Virus record (IMG/VR): IMGVR_UViG_3300021225_000287
Coordinates: 3,826 to 67,825 of that record
Source of the DNA: a virus
DNA: 64,000 nt
Strand: one strand, 5' to 3'
The position numbers and the translations under genes are program-made. Below, in pieces: positions 15,609-26,278 of this stretch; positions within the stretch are counted from its first letter, which is position 1; the number at the start of each line of letters is the position of its first letter. The notes below the pieces were generated by a model that saw only the letters and a list, made by a program, of their open reading frames with translations, was not told the origin of the DNA and did not search any database.

Positions 15609-18581
15609 GTGAACAGGCGGGAATTTTTTCAACAGTTGTTCGGAGAACCCCACGGGGTTATCAACATTCGCGGCATCTTCTACAAAGGCGCAGCCTTAAA
15701 TAAGTTTGCTACGTCATGGGACGAAGCAGATGAATACATAAAATATTTTGAAGATGAAGGGCGCGAAGTCTATTTTGGCATCGGTGCTTTAAAGAGCGCC
15801 AATGCGGGTGCAGCCAATGTGCTGTACCTCAAATCTTTCTGTATCGACATCGACTGCGGTGAAGGCAAGCCTTATACGACCAAGAGGGACGGCCTCGCTG
15901 CGCTCACAAGCTTCTTGAACAGTACCGGGCTTCCCATGCCTACGCTGGTCGATTCGGGTAATGGCGTGCATTGCTATTGGTTTCTGGACCGTGAGATTCA
16001 CTACGATCTCTGGAAGCCTGTAGGCATGAGCCTTAAAGCCAAGACGCACGAGCTTGAGTTCCATGTGGACCACAGCGTTACGGGTGACGGAGCGCAGATC
16101 ATGCGCGTACCGGGTACTTGCAATACCAAAGACAAGTCGAACCCCAAGCCTATCAAAGTCCGTAGTGTAGGCTCGATCATCACGTTTGAAGAGTTTGCGG
16201 CGCTAATACCCCCAGCGCCTACGCATAGTAGGCCGCAAGCCTATAAGGATGAGCTGACGCGCAATCTGGCTGGGGTTAACAATGTATCCTGCAGCTTCGA
16301 TTTGATCCTGAAGAAGAGCCAGAAGCTTAAAGAATTCACCACGCGCTCTAAGGTGGTGATCACTGACAAAGATGGCAACGAGAGTTTCGAGTACCGCAAC
16401 AAGGTGATCGAAGCCTGCGCAGGCTGCCCACAGATTAAGTATGCCTATGAGCATAGGACTACGATTGATCACGAGCTTTGGTATCCGGCTCTGACCGTAG
16501 CCGCTTTCTGCACAGATCGAGATGAAGCGATCCACACCATTTCAGAAGGGCATCCTACTTACGACTATCATGAAACCATCAAGAAGGCTGATTCATTCAA
16601 CGGTCCTATCACTTGCGATGAATACCGTGCCAAAAACCCAGATCCCTGCAATGGCTGTGGGTACCGCCTTGAGCATAAGAAAGAAGGCGAATATCGAATC
16701 AAGTCTCCTATTATGTTGGGGAAGTACACTGAGTTCGCACAGCCTTCTGACAACATCATTGAAGATGTGATCCACGATGGGTTCGCAGAACCTGTCACGA
16801 TTGAAGCTCCGATGGCTTACCCCTCGCCATGGGCACGGCCTAAGCAGGGTGGGATTGTTCGCAGGGACTTTGATGTGGAGCAGGCCGAAGACTTGGATGA
16901 ACCTGCCGAGACTTTCATCTATGAGAATGACCTCTGGGTGAAGCAGATCCTGATTGACCCTGATTCAGGTGAAGTTCTACATCTTGTCCATATTCAGCCT
17001 GATGGTCCGGGTAAAAAGCATGTGCTGGAGTTCATCATTCCATCAGAAGAGATAGCCCGCCGGGAGGCACTACAGAGACGGCTTGCATTTTATGGTGTCC
17101 ATGCCGCCTTCACACCCGCAACGGCTAACCTGCTTCAGCAGTACATCAGGGATTGGGTTTCCAAGATTAAGAAAGAGCAAGTCAAGCTCTATGCACGATC
17201 ACACTATGGCTGGCACGAGGAGGCGTTTGTGGTAGGTAAGAAAGAATACACCCCTAATCAGGTGGCTGTTTATAGTCCGGCATCTAAGGCTACGGAAGAC
17301 ACCGCAGAATATCTGATGCCTAAGGGGAATTTGGATCTGTGGCGCCAGATGGCGAATCTCTATGGCACTCCGGGTAATGAAGCTAGGGCATTCATTTTCT
17401 TTGTCAGCTTCGGCGCTCCGCTCTGCACGTTCCTGAATCAGGGAAGCTGCATCATTCACTTGACCAACAAGGACTCAGGTGTCGGCAAGTCAACCAATCA
17501 GCGAGTATCGGCCAGTACGTGGGGTGACCCCAAGGAGCTCATGCTTCTCAGCACGGATACGGATAATGCCAAGTACCAGCAGTTCGGTGTCTTTAGAAAC
17601 CTGCCGATCTACATCGATGAGATCACCAACATGCCGCCGGATCGGCTGAGTGACTTCACATTCCGCGTATCGCAGAACCGGGGTAAACATCGTCAGAACT
17701 CGCATAGCAATACACTCAGGAAGAACACAACGAAGTGGGAGACGATCATCGTTACGTCAGGTAATAACAGCCTGTATGACACGCTGAAGCAGCATAAGAT
17801 CAACGTAGCAGGTGAGTTAAACCGCATCATTGAGTTGCCAGTATCCGTAAAGGACTCGCTTTCCATTGAGGAAGCCAGCTATTGGTACGAACAGGTTCTG
17901 TTCGATAACTTTGGTTTGGCAGGTGAACTCTACGCGCAGTACCTCGTGGACAATAAAGCGCAGGTGGTGGCTATGGTGAAAGCCACGTATAAACTGTACG
18001 CCAGTAAATTTAACTTCAAAACGGAGCATCGGTTCTATCGTGCCGCTTGTGCGGCTGCCTTTACCGGAGCGAGGATCGCCAAGGAGCTGGGTCTCCATGA
18101 CATCGATGTAGATCGTGTCGAGCAGTGGGCCGTACAACAGTTGGGCGGCATTCAGACTACCGTTCAAGAAGCAGGAACGCAGGACTCTGTGGCTACGCTG
18201 GGTCAGTTCCTCAACGCCTACAAGCGCAATGAGCTGGTGTTGAATGCAGGCAAGGTGATGGCTGGCGGGCTGGAGCTGTCACAGGCTCCGACCAAAGACG
18301 CGCAGGGTCAACTCGTGATTCGCGTTGAGCAGGATACGAGCCGGATGTACATCTCGAAGAGTGTGCTCATGCACTGGTGCGGAGAGCACCGGGTTCACTT
18401 CACGGTATTGATCGATGATTTGGATGCAGCAGGACTGCTGGTGAGTAAGGCGCTTCACAAACGCCTAGCGGAAGGCACTTCAAGTCCGGGTCTTCCTGTA
18501 GCCTGCATCTGCGTAGATATGACTAGAGCAAACAAGATGAGGGATGAGCTTGCTCTAGATGCTCCAGTAGGCTTACAATAG
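15609..18581 (+). CDS. Primase (AEP/RepB-like) fused to a DUF927/Cch-like helicase
   Basis: IDIDCG, VDSGNGVHCYW, MRVPGTCN; Cys cluster; Walker A DSGVGKST; IDEIT. GTG start after GAGGAG. Confidence 0.85.
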   Translation: MNRREFFQQLFGEPHGVINIRGIFYKGAALNKFATSWDEADEYIKYFEDEGREVYFGIGALKSANAGAANVLYLKSFCIDIDCGEGKPYTTKRDGLAALTSFLNSTGLPMPTLVDSGNGVHCYWFLDREIHYDLWKPVGMSLKAKTHELEFHVDHSVTGDGAQIMRVPGTCNTKDKSNPKPIKVRSVGSIITFEEFAALIPPAPTHSRPQAYKDELTRNLAGVNNVSCSFDLILKKSQKLKEFTTRSKVVITDKDGNESFEYRNKVIEACAGCPQIKYAYEHRTTIDHELWYPALTVAAFCTDRDEAIHTISEGHPTYDYHETIKKADSFNGPITCDEYRAKNPDPCNGCGYRLEHKKEGEYRIKSPIMLGKYTEFAQPSDNIIEDVIHDGFAEPVTIEAPMAYPSPWARPKQGGIVRRDFDVEQAEDLDEPAETFIYENDLWVKQILIDPDSGEVLHLVHIQPDGPGKKHVLEFIIPSEEIARREALQRRLAFYGVHAAFTPATANLLQQYIRDWVSKIKKEQVKLYARSHYGWHEEAFVVGKKEYTPNQVAVYSPASKATEDTAEYLMPKGNLDLWRQMANLYGTPGNEARAFIFFVSFGAPLCTFLNQGSCIIHLTNKDSGVGKSTNQRVSASTWGDPKELMLLSTDTDNAKYQQFGVFRNLPIYIDEITNMPPDRLSDFTFRVSQNRGKHRQNSHSNTLRKNTTKWETIIVTSGNNSLYDTLKQHKINVAGELNRIIELPVSVKDSLSIEEASYWYEQVLFDNFGLAGELYAQYLVDNKAQVVAMVKATYKLYASKFNFKTEHRFYRAACAAAFTGARIAKELGLHDIDVDRVEQWAVQQLGGIQTTVQEAGTQDSVATLGQFLNAYKRNELVLNAGKVMAGGLELSQAPTKDAQGQLVIRVEQDTSRMYISKSVLMHWCGEHRVHFTVLIDDLDAAGLLVSKALHKRLAEGTSSPGLPVACICVDMTRANKMRDELALDAPVGLQ

Positions 18582-18635
18582 TTCTACGTACATTTGAGTT
18601 TGTCTGGATTCATTTACGTTCATCTCCTGACTTAT

Positions 18636-18665
18636 AGCCCCGACTCTCCTCCGGGGCTTCTTTTT
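18636..18665 (+). terminator. Rho-independent terminator where the early and late units converge
   Basis: AGCCCCG-9 nt-CGGGGCT followed by TCTTTTT. Confidence 0.65.
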
Positions 18666-18667
18666 GC

Positions 18668-21600
18668 CTATTTCTTTTCTTCCGCCTTGGATCTCAGGGC
18701 TTCCAACTTACCAACCTGCTTACGTTTCCTTTCCAGCATGGCTTCATATTCACGCTGTAGCTTGTCGGCGTCTTCGTATTCCTTGGTGTTCTTCAAGCGC
18801 TCGATAGCGGTGTTGGTCTTTGAGATCTTACGCTTGATGCGCTCAGCTTGCTTAGCATAGCGACCTTCTTCCTTGTACTCTGCAGCGCCTTCCTTGTCAC
18901 CACGCTTACTCAGAACCTTGGCTGTATGTCGCGCCATCGCTTGTTTGTCAGCGAACTCATATGCTGAGCTGAGCTCAATATGATCCGGGTTAGTCAGCAT
19001 GCCACTAATGACAGGAACCTTCTCGGTGATGTCTCTGAGATCCGCACGGGCCGTATCTGATCCGAACGCTGCAGCAGCGCCTTTAGCCGTGGAGTCCAAT
19101 AGACTATACATACCACCGAATACACCCTGACCCAGATGTTTAACCGAAGCCGGAGAAAGTACACCTGCTGAAACAACATCCGCGATAGGAGACACCCCTT
19201 TTCCACGTTCCGCCGGAGCGAGAGACGTATCCGCCAAAGGTTTAATTTCTCCTTCTGAAGCCCGGTAGCCAGTAATGGATTCCAAGAGCAGCATAGGAAG
19301 ATACGGCAGGAAGAGATGATCCAGACCCGGAGGTGCAAGATCCCGCCAGATAGAGCTTTTGAGCGTAGCCGTATAGTCCTTGTCTCGATCCAAGCCATAC
19401 CAGTTGCGTACCCACATCTCAGGGCCAAGCTTGAACAACGTGTTAAGCTCGAAGGGACCTTTGGCTTTAACCATACGGCCTTCCTTGGTCTCAAAGGAAT
19501 CAGGAATAGGAATCAACCAATTAGCTGACCATTCATCCGGTTCCGCGTTCCTATAGTCTTCAGATAGTTCGCAGCGAAGCGCCGTAATCGCAGCAGAGAA
19601 AGCCATCATTGCTGCAGCGTGCCCTATGAAAGTAGTTCTGAGTCCTGCAATCGTTTTACCCTTGGCATGAGGGTCCATGCCATAACCTGTCGCGTGGCGG
19701 ATGATCGCATCCATACCTTGCGCCCAAGAATTGAAGAACGGCGTAGTCTGCGTAATAAATTGCACCGTAGCGTTTCGGCCTCGGTTGGCGAAGTTGATCA
19801 TCTCGCCTACGTGAGTGATAGCCGCATCACGCGCGGCGTCTCCATGTAGTGGGGTGCCTGTCAGCTTTCCGCTTTCCGCGCGTTCCAAAGCTTTGCGCAT
19901 AACGGCGACTTTCGTCGCGGCATCAGCATACTCATGGATGCGCATAACGAGGTCTTTAGAGTCTTTGTAGTTTTTAGCCAGACCCTTCGATGCCTGCAGT
20001 TTACCTTTTTCTTTAATCAGATTTCGGAGGTACTCATGAGAACCTGAGACGCCCTGAGCCTTCAGCTCACGGTAAAGCTGCGCTGCGCTGGTATCCACAT
20101 TCGGGAGTTCTGAGAACAACAGGGATGCAAACTCTTTACCCGTGTGGAAAGGTGTAACGACACCTGCACGAGAAGTGAACGTAGCCATGAATGGTTCGCG
20201 AACCAACTGATTCCACCAATATCTAGGATCGACCAACATGGCCCGGCTGACGTACTTTGTCGCATCGGTAATGTATTCCGGTACAGGAAGGTTATGCACC
20301 ATCTCAAATGCTTCATAGAGCGGACGATCAGGTACATGGTAATACTTTCTCTTGCCATCCTTGATTGCAGCTACGACATCCAGATTCTTAGGAGGCGGTG
20401 TAGTGCCCGGAAGTTCTTTAGCGCGGCCCATCTCAACCAAGGACTCCAAAGAACCCAGTCGCGCGTTGTTATGCAGGGCCATAGCACCTGTCCGCGCCTG
20501 ATGAGTCAGGAGGTTCTCAAAGAAACGAACCTGATGCTGACCACCCTTGAGACCTTTAACTGGCATGACTTTACGTTGACCCCCCTGCAGATATACCGCA
20601 GAAGCAGGCATTGCTGCATCCAGATCCTCAATGCTCATATAGAGCGGAGCGTAGTTGTACTTGGAGTCGGTGAACTTCTTGTAGGTCTCGTTGGAGATCA
20701 CACTTGTGTCACGAAGCAGCTTGGCATTGTTCGTAAAGAGCTCGCGGATATCCGCAGCAAGCTGCTTGGCTTCAGGATTAGCCTCAATGAACTCACGCGC
20801 AGCGCGTTCCTGTGCTGGGCTGATATCGTAGATCCTGCCTGATTCGTCGCGCTGCGCCTTGCTGTACTGATCCTTAACCGCCTTATAAAGGCGCTGCTGC
20901 AGGGCGATGTAATCCTTACCCGCGGTGTAATTGGGGTTGCGGTATTCAGCCTTGGCGGCATCGAACTCGCGCTGAGCTCTTTCCAGCTCCCGCTGTACGC
21001 GCGGGTTATCCTTCATCCTGCTTGAAAGACTTTTGACCGTATCGAGCGTAGCTTTCGTCTTATCGTAATTGGATTTTGTCTTGTCCAGATAGGCTTGACC
21101 CAGCTTGATCTTACGCTGCGCTTCGTCCATGACCGCTTTCATTTCAGCGCCACGGAGGTTATGTCCTGCCTGTGCCAGAGTCACCATGGATTCGGAGAAG
21201 CGATCCCTAAGGTCTTCAGGCAGCTCCATCACGCGCTTGATCAGTCGATCAGGGCTCAACTGCGGATCAAATACAGCTTCAACCAGTCCTTGAGCATTAC
21301 GCTTTAGGTAACCATTGTGCAGGGCTTCGCTGACGAGATGTGCGTAGCGCGTCTGCTGGGCGATCTTAGCCGTAGCACGGATCTCGTTGTTCTCATCATA
21401 AAGCGGAAGCTTGCCGAGGATGGCTTCCAGAGGTGCCCGCACACTCGCGTACTGAGTACGGATCGGGGTATAGAACCGTTCAAACCAAGTCTCGGTATTG
21501 GCATTTCTGACCGCTTCATCAGCGGTATCACCGATGGAATACATCCGTTCTTTGGGTGCAGCCGTAGGTTCACCGCGCTTGAGAATCTCATCCGCCATGG

Positions 21601-24600
21601 GGGCGAAGTCATCGGCCTTGAGCCAGTTGGCGCTGCCAGTCAACTTATGCGCGGTGCGGCGCAGCCATGACATGAAGCTCTTGGAGATTGGAAGGTTCGG
21701 AGCATGCTGAGTCAGATAGGCCAGAGCTTCTTCATGGATGTGTTCAGGGTTGGTGTCCTTAGGCACTCGGTCATAGGCTTTAGCTACGGTAGCATCGCCC
21801 TGCTCTTTGAGCTTCTGAAGACGGTCAAGAATCGACTGGAACTCAGGATCGGTTTTACCCAAACGCTTCGCATGCACAGCAACTTCGTGGCGCATGAGGC
21901 CATGGATGTCTTCGTCCTTACCGATGTTATCGGCAATCAGGGTCACCCGTTTGGTATTAGGGTCGTAGAATCCTTTCACGTTCGGCTCTACGCCAGCCTG
22001 CTCACGAGTGAGTACATCAACCTGCGGCGCTTCCTTACCGTAGGTCTTGGCAATGTGATCGTTCAGGGACTCAACGCTGTGCGCAGCTTCGGGTGCTACA
22101 CCACGGGCTTCAAGGATCTCAGGTTTGGTTGTGTCGAAGGTACCTTTATTGCCGATGGCTGATTTGATTTGTTCTGAATCGAATACGACAAACTCTGCGG
22201 AAGGATCTTCCCACGGTCTGTTGCTCAACGCTTCTCCACCAATTTCAGAAGCCATGATACCGTCATAATCAGCTTTCTTGAGCGCCTTCTGTATGAACTC
22301 TTCGCGGTCCCCATTGATACCGCCTAATTCTTCGACATGGGGTTTGTAATCTTTAGCATAATCCTCCCCATGATAGTCTAGCCATGCGCGATAAGCAGTT
22401 TCAAACTCAGGCATTTCTTTGCGCAATTTAGTTATATCGGCGTCGGTAAACCCCTGATGCCAAATAAATGGCTTTTTCATGTTTAGATAAACGGGCATCA
22501 AATTAGCATTGTCCGATATTTTAGGATCTGGATGCCCGTACCCAGAATACTCCTCTGCCATTCCTTTGTGCCCAAAATAAAAGCCTTTGCCTAAGACTCT
22601 TCCAGAACGCTCATCTTTATATTCAAAAGTTGGGAAGTCTTTGTTAGTCCCATGATAAACCTTGATCGGTCTACCCTCAGCGTCAACAGCTTTAGTTCCT
22701 TCAAACCCTTTCCAGAAGTTCTTTACGCCTTCATCCGTGGTATGAATACGCTGACCCGTGCTGTCATGCACTGGGCGCTGGACTCCGTCCACATCGATAT
22801 GGGTAGGCTCTTCCGCCTTGGCGAGCTTTACTTCTTTCGGGGTTTCGACTTCAGGAGCTTTGATCCCTTGTCCGCTTGGTTCCACTCCTTCGCCACCGAT
22901 TGCTTGATCCCTACCTTCTTCGCGAAAGCCGGGTTGTGCGCCGCCGCGGCCATCAGGCGCGCCTGTTTGGGGGATTTGCTGGGCATCTTCTACCTCTTTC
23001 ATTCGCGCTGAAAGCGCATCATATTGGTCACGTGACAGGATGCTCGACTTGTTGACGAGCTCCTCAATCTTAGGATGATCTTCAATATTGTTAATGTCCA
23101 GACCCTGCAGCTTATTGTACAAGCTGGTCTTTGCCTTGGTCGGCTTGAGACCCAAAACAGATTCGGCAAAATGAGGTTCGGGTACAGGTTCCGCTGGAAC
23201 TTCTTCCACGGTAGGCATGGCCTGCTCTCTGCCACGCACAGTCGGTTCGGGAATCCCGTCTTCCAAAGCAAGCATTTCAGGTGCGGCCATTTCAGGCGCA
23301 GGTTCTGCAGCTTTAGCCGCTTCAGCTTGACGGAAGAATTCTTCACCCGCTTTAGCCTGAGCTTCCAAGTCTTCTACAGACTCGACAGGACCTTCGGTAG
23401 GGGCTAAGGCCTCACCACCTTCTGGTGCAGGTTCAATCGGACGAGGCGCAGCGCCTTCCTGTACTGGAGGAACTTCCGGGGCCCGAACGCCCCGACCACG
23501 CATACCGCCTACAGCGCCAAGTGTTCCACCTGCCAAGACATCAGCAGCCAGCGTACCTGCATATTCTTCAAGCGCTTTTTCATCAGCAAGAGGTTGACCC
23601 GCAGCCGCACGCTCAATAGCTACAGAGGGAACATCAGCAGCCGCAGCACCAGCAGCGCCCTTCGCGAGGCTCTTACCAACCTGACCCGCTACAGGAGCAA
23701 ACTTGGTGAATGGCAGGGTTTGAAGAACAGCCTCTGTGCCAACAGCACCGATATTTTTAAGCTCATAGGGATCAAAAGGTTTACCCTGCTCATCATAACG
23801 CTGAGCCAGACTGCCTGTAGCAATCGGTAAAGTAGCCGCACCAAGACCCCCCACAACAGCGGCTTCAGGAATAAAAGGCGCGGCAAGGGCCGCCGCGCCC
23901 AGCGGAGCAAGTCCTCCCAGCGCCGTACCGCCGTAGTATGCGAGCTTCTTGGAAAGAGGATCAGTAGGAAGCGGAGCTTCTACTTCTTTGGCAAGCTCTT
24001 CCTGCCATGCCTTACCTTTGGCAATCAGCTCTGGGTTTTTAAGAAGTTCACCCGCGCCACGCTCAAATTGAGCACCGACGCCTTTAAACGCTGCGCCCGC
24101 GGCTGGGAGGAATCCCGTCTTTTCAGCATGAGCCTTGGTCATCCACTCCTGATCGGGGAATTGCTTCTGCAGGTCTACTAATGCGTCATTGACGTTGACA
24201 CTTTCAGGGAGCGTGAGGGTTTTACCGTTGGTCAAAGGGTGATCGATCACACCTTCTACATCCATGCCTTGCGCACGGAGGCCATTAATCGCATCTTGGC
24301 GTGATACGTCTTTAGGGACGGTCAGCGTCTGCCCATTCGACAGCGGGATATCATAAGTCTCACCCTGCGGGCCTTGCGGCATTTCAGCAGGAGCGTCACC
24401 CAGATACTGGCGCGCTTGAGCTATACGATTCTCATAGTTGGCATACTTTGCATTAGGGCGTTCGTATGCGGCGCCAAAGACTCGCGCGGCTTCCTCTACA
24501 TTCTTAGATGCCAAAACACCCTCAAGAGCTTTACGCTCCGGGCCTTTCAGCTCGTGCATCATGTAGTCGAGCTGGGTATAGAGATTGCTAGGGTCAAGAC

Positions 24601-24955
24601 CCTGCTGTTTGGCAAACGGGATCAACCCTGTATAGCCATTGCCTCCGTGAAGGCGTTCCTTGTTCCATTGAGCAGCACCGAAAGAATAGGCTTCGCCCGG
24701 AAGAATCTTGCCGCCAACGGCCCCGGTATTCCCACCAGATTCTTGAGCAAGGTTACCTACAATGCCTGCTGCCTGATGCGGCTTGAATCCCTGCTTGAGG
24801 AGGTAGTCATAGGCATAAGAGAGATTCTGATTTTGCAGCGCAGAGCTACGCTGCGCAGGAGCCTGTGGACGGTACTGGCTTTCAGGAGTTTCAGCAAAAG
24901 CTGATTCAGGAATAACCTCGCCAAAATCGAGAGGGTCAAAATCCGCTCTTGCCAT
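18668..24955 (-). CDS. Large polyvalent ejection (internal virion) protein: phage-tail lysozyme, ART-like, metallopeptidase-like and LPD38-like domains
   Basis: AAGIVGNLAQES...AQW...QLDY...YERP (lysozyme); VYHGT...GFYF...PVYL...YDGI...QIKSAIGNKGTF (PolyVal ART); GFYDP...HEVAVH...EEALAY; INFANRG...PFFN...PFELNTLFK. Confidence 0.8.
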   Translation of the reverse strand: MARADFDPLDFGEVIPESAFAETPESQYRPQAPAQRSSALQNQNLSYAYDYLLKQGFKPHQAAGIVGNLAQESGGNTGAVGGKILPGEAYSFGAAQWNKERLHGGNGYTGLIPFAKQQGLDPSNLYTQLDYMMHELKGPERKALEGVLASKNVEEAARVFGAAYERPNAKYANYENRIAQARQYLGDAPAEMPQGPQGETYDIPLSNGQTLTVPKDVSRQDAINGLRAQGMDVEGVIDHPLTNGKTLTLPESVNVNDALVDLQKQFPDQEWMTKAHAEKTGFLPAAGAAFKGVGAQFERGAGELLKNPELIAKGKAWQEELAKEVEAPLPTDPLSKKLAYYGGTALGGLAPLGAAALAAPFIPEAAVVGGLGAATLPIATGSLAQRYDEQGKPFDPYELKNIGAVGTEAVLQTLPFTKFAPVAGQVGKSLAKGAAGAAAADVPSVAIERAAAGQPLADEKALEEYAGTLAADVLAGGTLGAVGGMRGRGVRAPEVPPVQEGAAPRPIEPAPEGGEALAPTEGPVESVEDLEAQAKAGEEFFRQAEAAKAAEPAPEMAAPEMLALEDGIPEPTVRGREQAMPTVEEVPAEPVPEPHFAESVLGLKPTKAKTSLYNKLQGLDINNIEDHPKIEELVNKSSILSRDQYDALSARMKEVEDAQQIPQTGAPDGRGGAQPGFREEGRDQAIGGEGVEPSGQGIKAPEVETPKEVKLAKAEEPTHIDVDGVQRPVHDSTGQRIHTTDEGVKNFWKGFEGTKAVDAEGRPIKVYHGTNKDFPTFEYKDERSGRVLGKGFYFGHKGMAEEYSGYGHPDPKISDNANLMPVYLNMKKPFIWHQGFTDADITKLRKEMPEFETAYRAWLDYHGEDYAKDYKPHVEELGGINGDREEFIQKALKKADYDGIMASEIGGEALSNRPWEDPSAEFVVFDSEQIKSAIGNKGTFDTTKPEILEARGVAPEAAHSVESLNDHIAKTYGKEAPQVDVLTREQAGVEPNVKGFYDPNTKRVTLIADNIGKDEDIHGLMRHEVAVHAKRLGKTDPEFQSILDRLQKLKEQGDATVAKAYDRVPKDTNPEHIHEEALAYLTQHAPNLPISKSFMSWLRRTAHKLTGSANWLKADDFAPMADEILKRGEPTAAPKERMYSIGDTADEAVRNANTETWFERFYTPIRTQYASVRAPLEAILGKLPLYDENNEIRATAKIAQQTRYAHLVSEALHNGYLKRNAQGLVEAVFDPQLSPDRLIKRVMELPEDLRDRFSESMVTLAQAGHNLRGAEMKAVMDEAQRKIKLGQAYLDKTKSNYDKTKATLDTVKSLSSRMKDNPRVQRELERAQREFDAAKAEYRNPNYTAGKDYIALQQRLYKAVKDQYSKAQRDESGRIYDISPAQERAAREFIEANPEAKQLAADIRELFTNNAKLLRDTSVISNETYKKFTDSKYNYAPLYMSIEDLDAAMPASAVYLQGGQRKVMPVKGLKGGQHQVRFFENLLTHQARTGAMALHNNARLGSLESLVEMGRAKELPGTTPPPKNLDVVAAIKDGKRKYYHVPDRPLYEAFEMVHNLPVPEYITDATKYVSRAMLVDPRYWWNQLVREPFMATFTSRAGVVTPFHTGKEFASLLFSELPNVDTSAAQLYRELKAQGVSGSHEYLRNLIKEKGKLQASKGLAKNYKDSKDLVMRIHEYADAATKVAVMRKALERAESGKLTGTPLHGDAARDAAITHVGEMINFANRGRNATVQFITQTTPFFNSWAQGMDAIIRHATGYGMDPHAKGKTIAGLRTTFIGHAAAMMAFSAAITALRCELSEDYRNAEPDEWSANWLIPIPDSFETKEGRMVKAKGPFELNTLFKLGPEMWVRNWYGLDRDKDYTATLKSSIWRDLAPPGLDHLFLPYLPMLLLESITGYRASEGEIKPLADTSLAPAERGKGVSPIADVVSAGVLSPASVKHLGQGVFGGMYSLLDSTAKGAAAAFGSDTARADLRDITEKVPVISGMLTNPDHIELSSAYEFADKQAMARHTAKVLSKRGDKEGAAEYKEEGRYAKQAERIKRKISKTNTAIERLKNTKEYEDADKLQREYEAMLERKRKQVGKLEALRSKAEEKK

Positions 24956-24963
24956 ATTACACC

Positions 24964-26268
24964 TTACCTAAGCCAGCCTGTTTTACCGCCCCCTAATTGT
25001 ACTTGCTGTCCGGCAGGACTGGAAGTTGGAGAAGCACTTGTGCCGCCGAAACCGGGACCACCTGCGCTACGGGTGCGTGAAACCAATTCGTTATACACCG
25101 TTGGTGCTTGGTCCATTGTAATGGTGCCTTCTTTAACCAGATCCATGACTGAATTCTGAAGACTGGTAAGATTGTTCCCCGTAAGCCCTTCCCTTGTGGC
25201 TTTCTCCATTGCTGCGCGTACCGTAGCATTGGCACTGATAGTAGCCGCCTGCTCACGAGACAGATTTCCCATGGCTTCCCTGCGCTCTGCGGATGCGAGT
25301 TCAAGTTCTTTAGTGCCGCGCCCGTATTTGGCTTCCCACATTTTAAGCTGGGCTTCCGCCGCTGCTTTGTCGTGCGCCGTCTGTGCAGACATAACTTGGT
25401 TAATGAGATCTTTACGGATCTCGTAAGGCTGCATGGCAGACTTGACGCGGAGTGCATCCAGCGTAGCTTGACCTTCATCTTCAGAACGGCGATGCTCGCC
25501 CATGGTAGCCATCATAGACGCAAGACCTGCACCTGCGCGGTGCTGACCAGAACCGTAACTGCCAAGATACCCGGCCAAACCCGATGCGATGTTCTCGAAC
25601 ATGTTGAACTTGGCTTGTTTAGCTTGCCTATGCTCATGCTCACTGATCAACTGGGCTGCAACGTCCGGCATATCACCATACAGCTCGCCGAGCTTGTTAA
25701 CACGCTCTTCAAAGCTAGGCTTGTCCGATTCGCCCTTGCCTACGTTACGCGACGTAACCGTAGGGATCATCTCAGCCGGGTGCGGCTCAGGCGCTGAGAA
25801 ATAATCCTGCTCGTATGCAGACGTATCAGGGGCGTCAGGAACATCAGGCATACCACCCATCCAAGGGCTGTCCTGAGCCAGATCAGCAACACCACCCCAG
25901 TCAAATTCACGAACCGGGCCGCCCTGTGCCAGAGCAACAATACCTCCGGTAGCCATCTGCTGCGCACTCTGCTGTGCTACACCTTCAAGACCCGGCATAG
26001 CCAGACCCATCATGTTGGGGTCCATAGGCGGCTGCGCCTGCGCAAGAACCTGATCAACAACCTGACCCTGCGGAGGAGGCGGAGTAGGCTGCGCCTTGTT
26101 ATAAGAGTTAAGGATCGCCGTAGCGATCCCACCCTCGATGCTGCCCGTCTGTTTGCCCTGCTGAGCCAGTTGTCCAAGACGCTGTTTGCCCTGTTGATCA
26201 TTCGGGATCATCTTGAGGGCATCGTAGATTTCCTGCGGGCTAGGGGCCCCAATGTTTGGATACTGCAT
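24964..26268 (-). CDS. Putative internal virion/ejection protein
   Basis: Position next to the giant protein; Gln/Ala-rich; MATGGIVALAQGG motif. Confidence 0.65.
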   Translation of the reverse strand: MQYPNIGAPSPQEIYDALKMIPNDQQGKQRLGQLAQQGKQTGSIEGGIATAILNSYNKAQPTPPPPQGQVVDQVLAQAQPPMDPNMMGLAMPGLEGVAQQSAQQMATGGIVALAQGGPVREFDWGGVADLAQDSPWMGGMPDVPDAPDTSAYEQDYFSAPEPHPAEMIPTVTSRNVGKGESDKPSFEERVNKLGELYGDMPDVAAQLISEHEHRQAKQAKFNMFENIASGLAGYLGSYGSGQHRAGAGLASMMATMGEHRRSEDEGQATLDALRVKSAMQPYEIRKDLINQVMSAQTAHDKAAAEAQLKMWEAKYGRGTKELELASAERREAMGNLSREQAATISANATVRAAMEKATREGLTGNNLTSLQNSVMDLVKEGTITMDQAPTVYNELVSRTRSAGGPGFGGTSASPTSSPAGQQVQLGGGKTGWLR

Positions 26269-26278
26269 CGTAAGCTCC

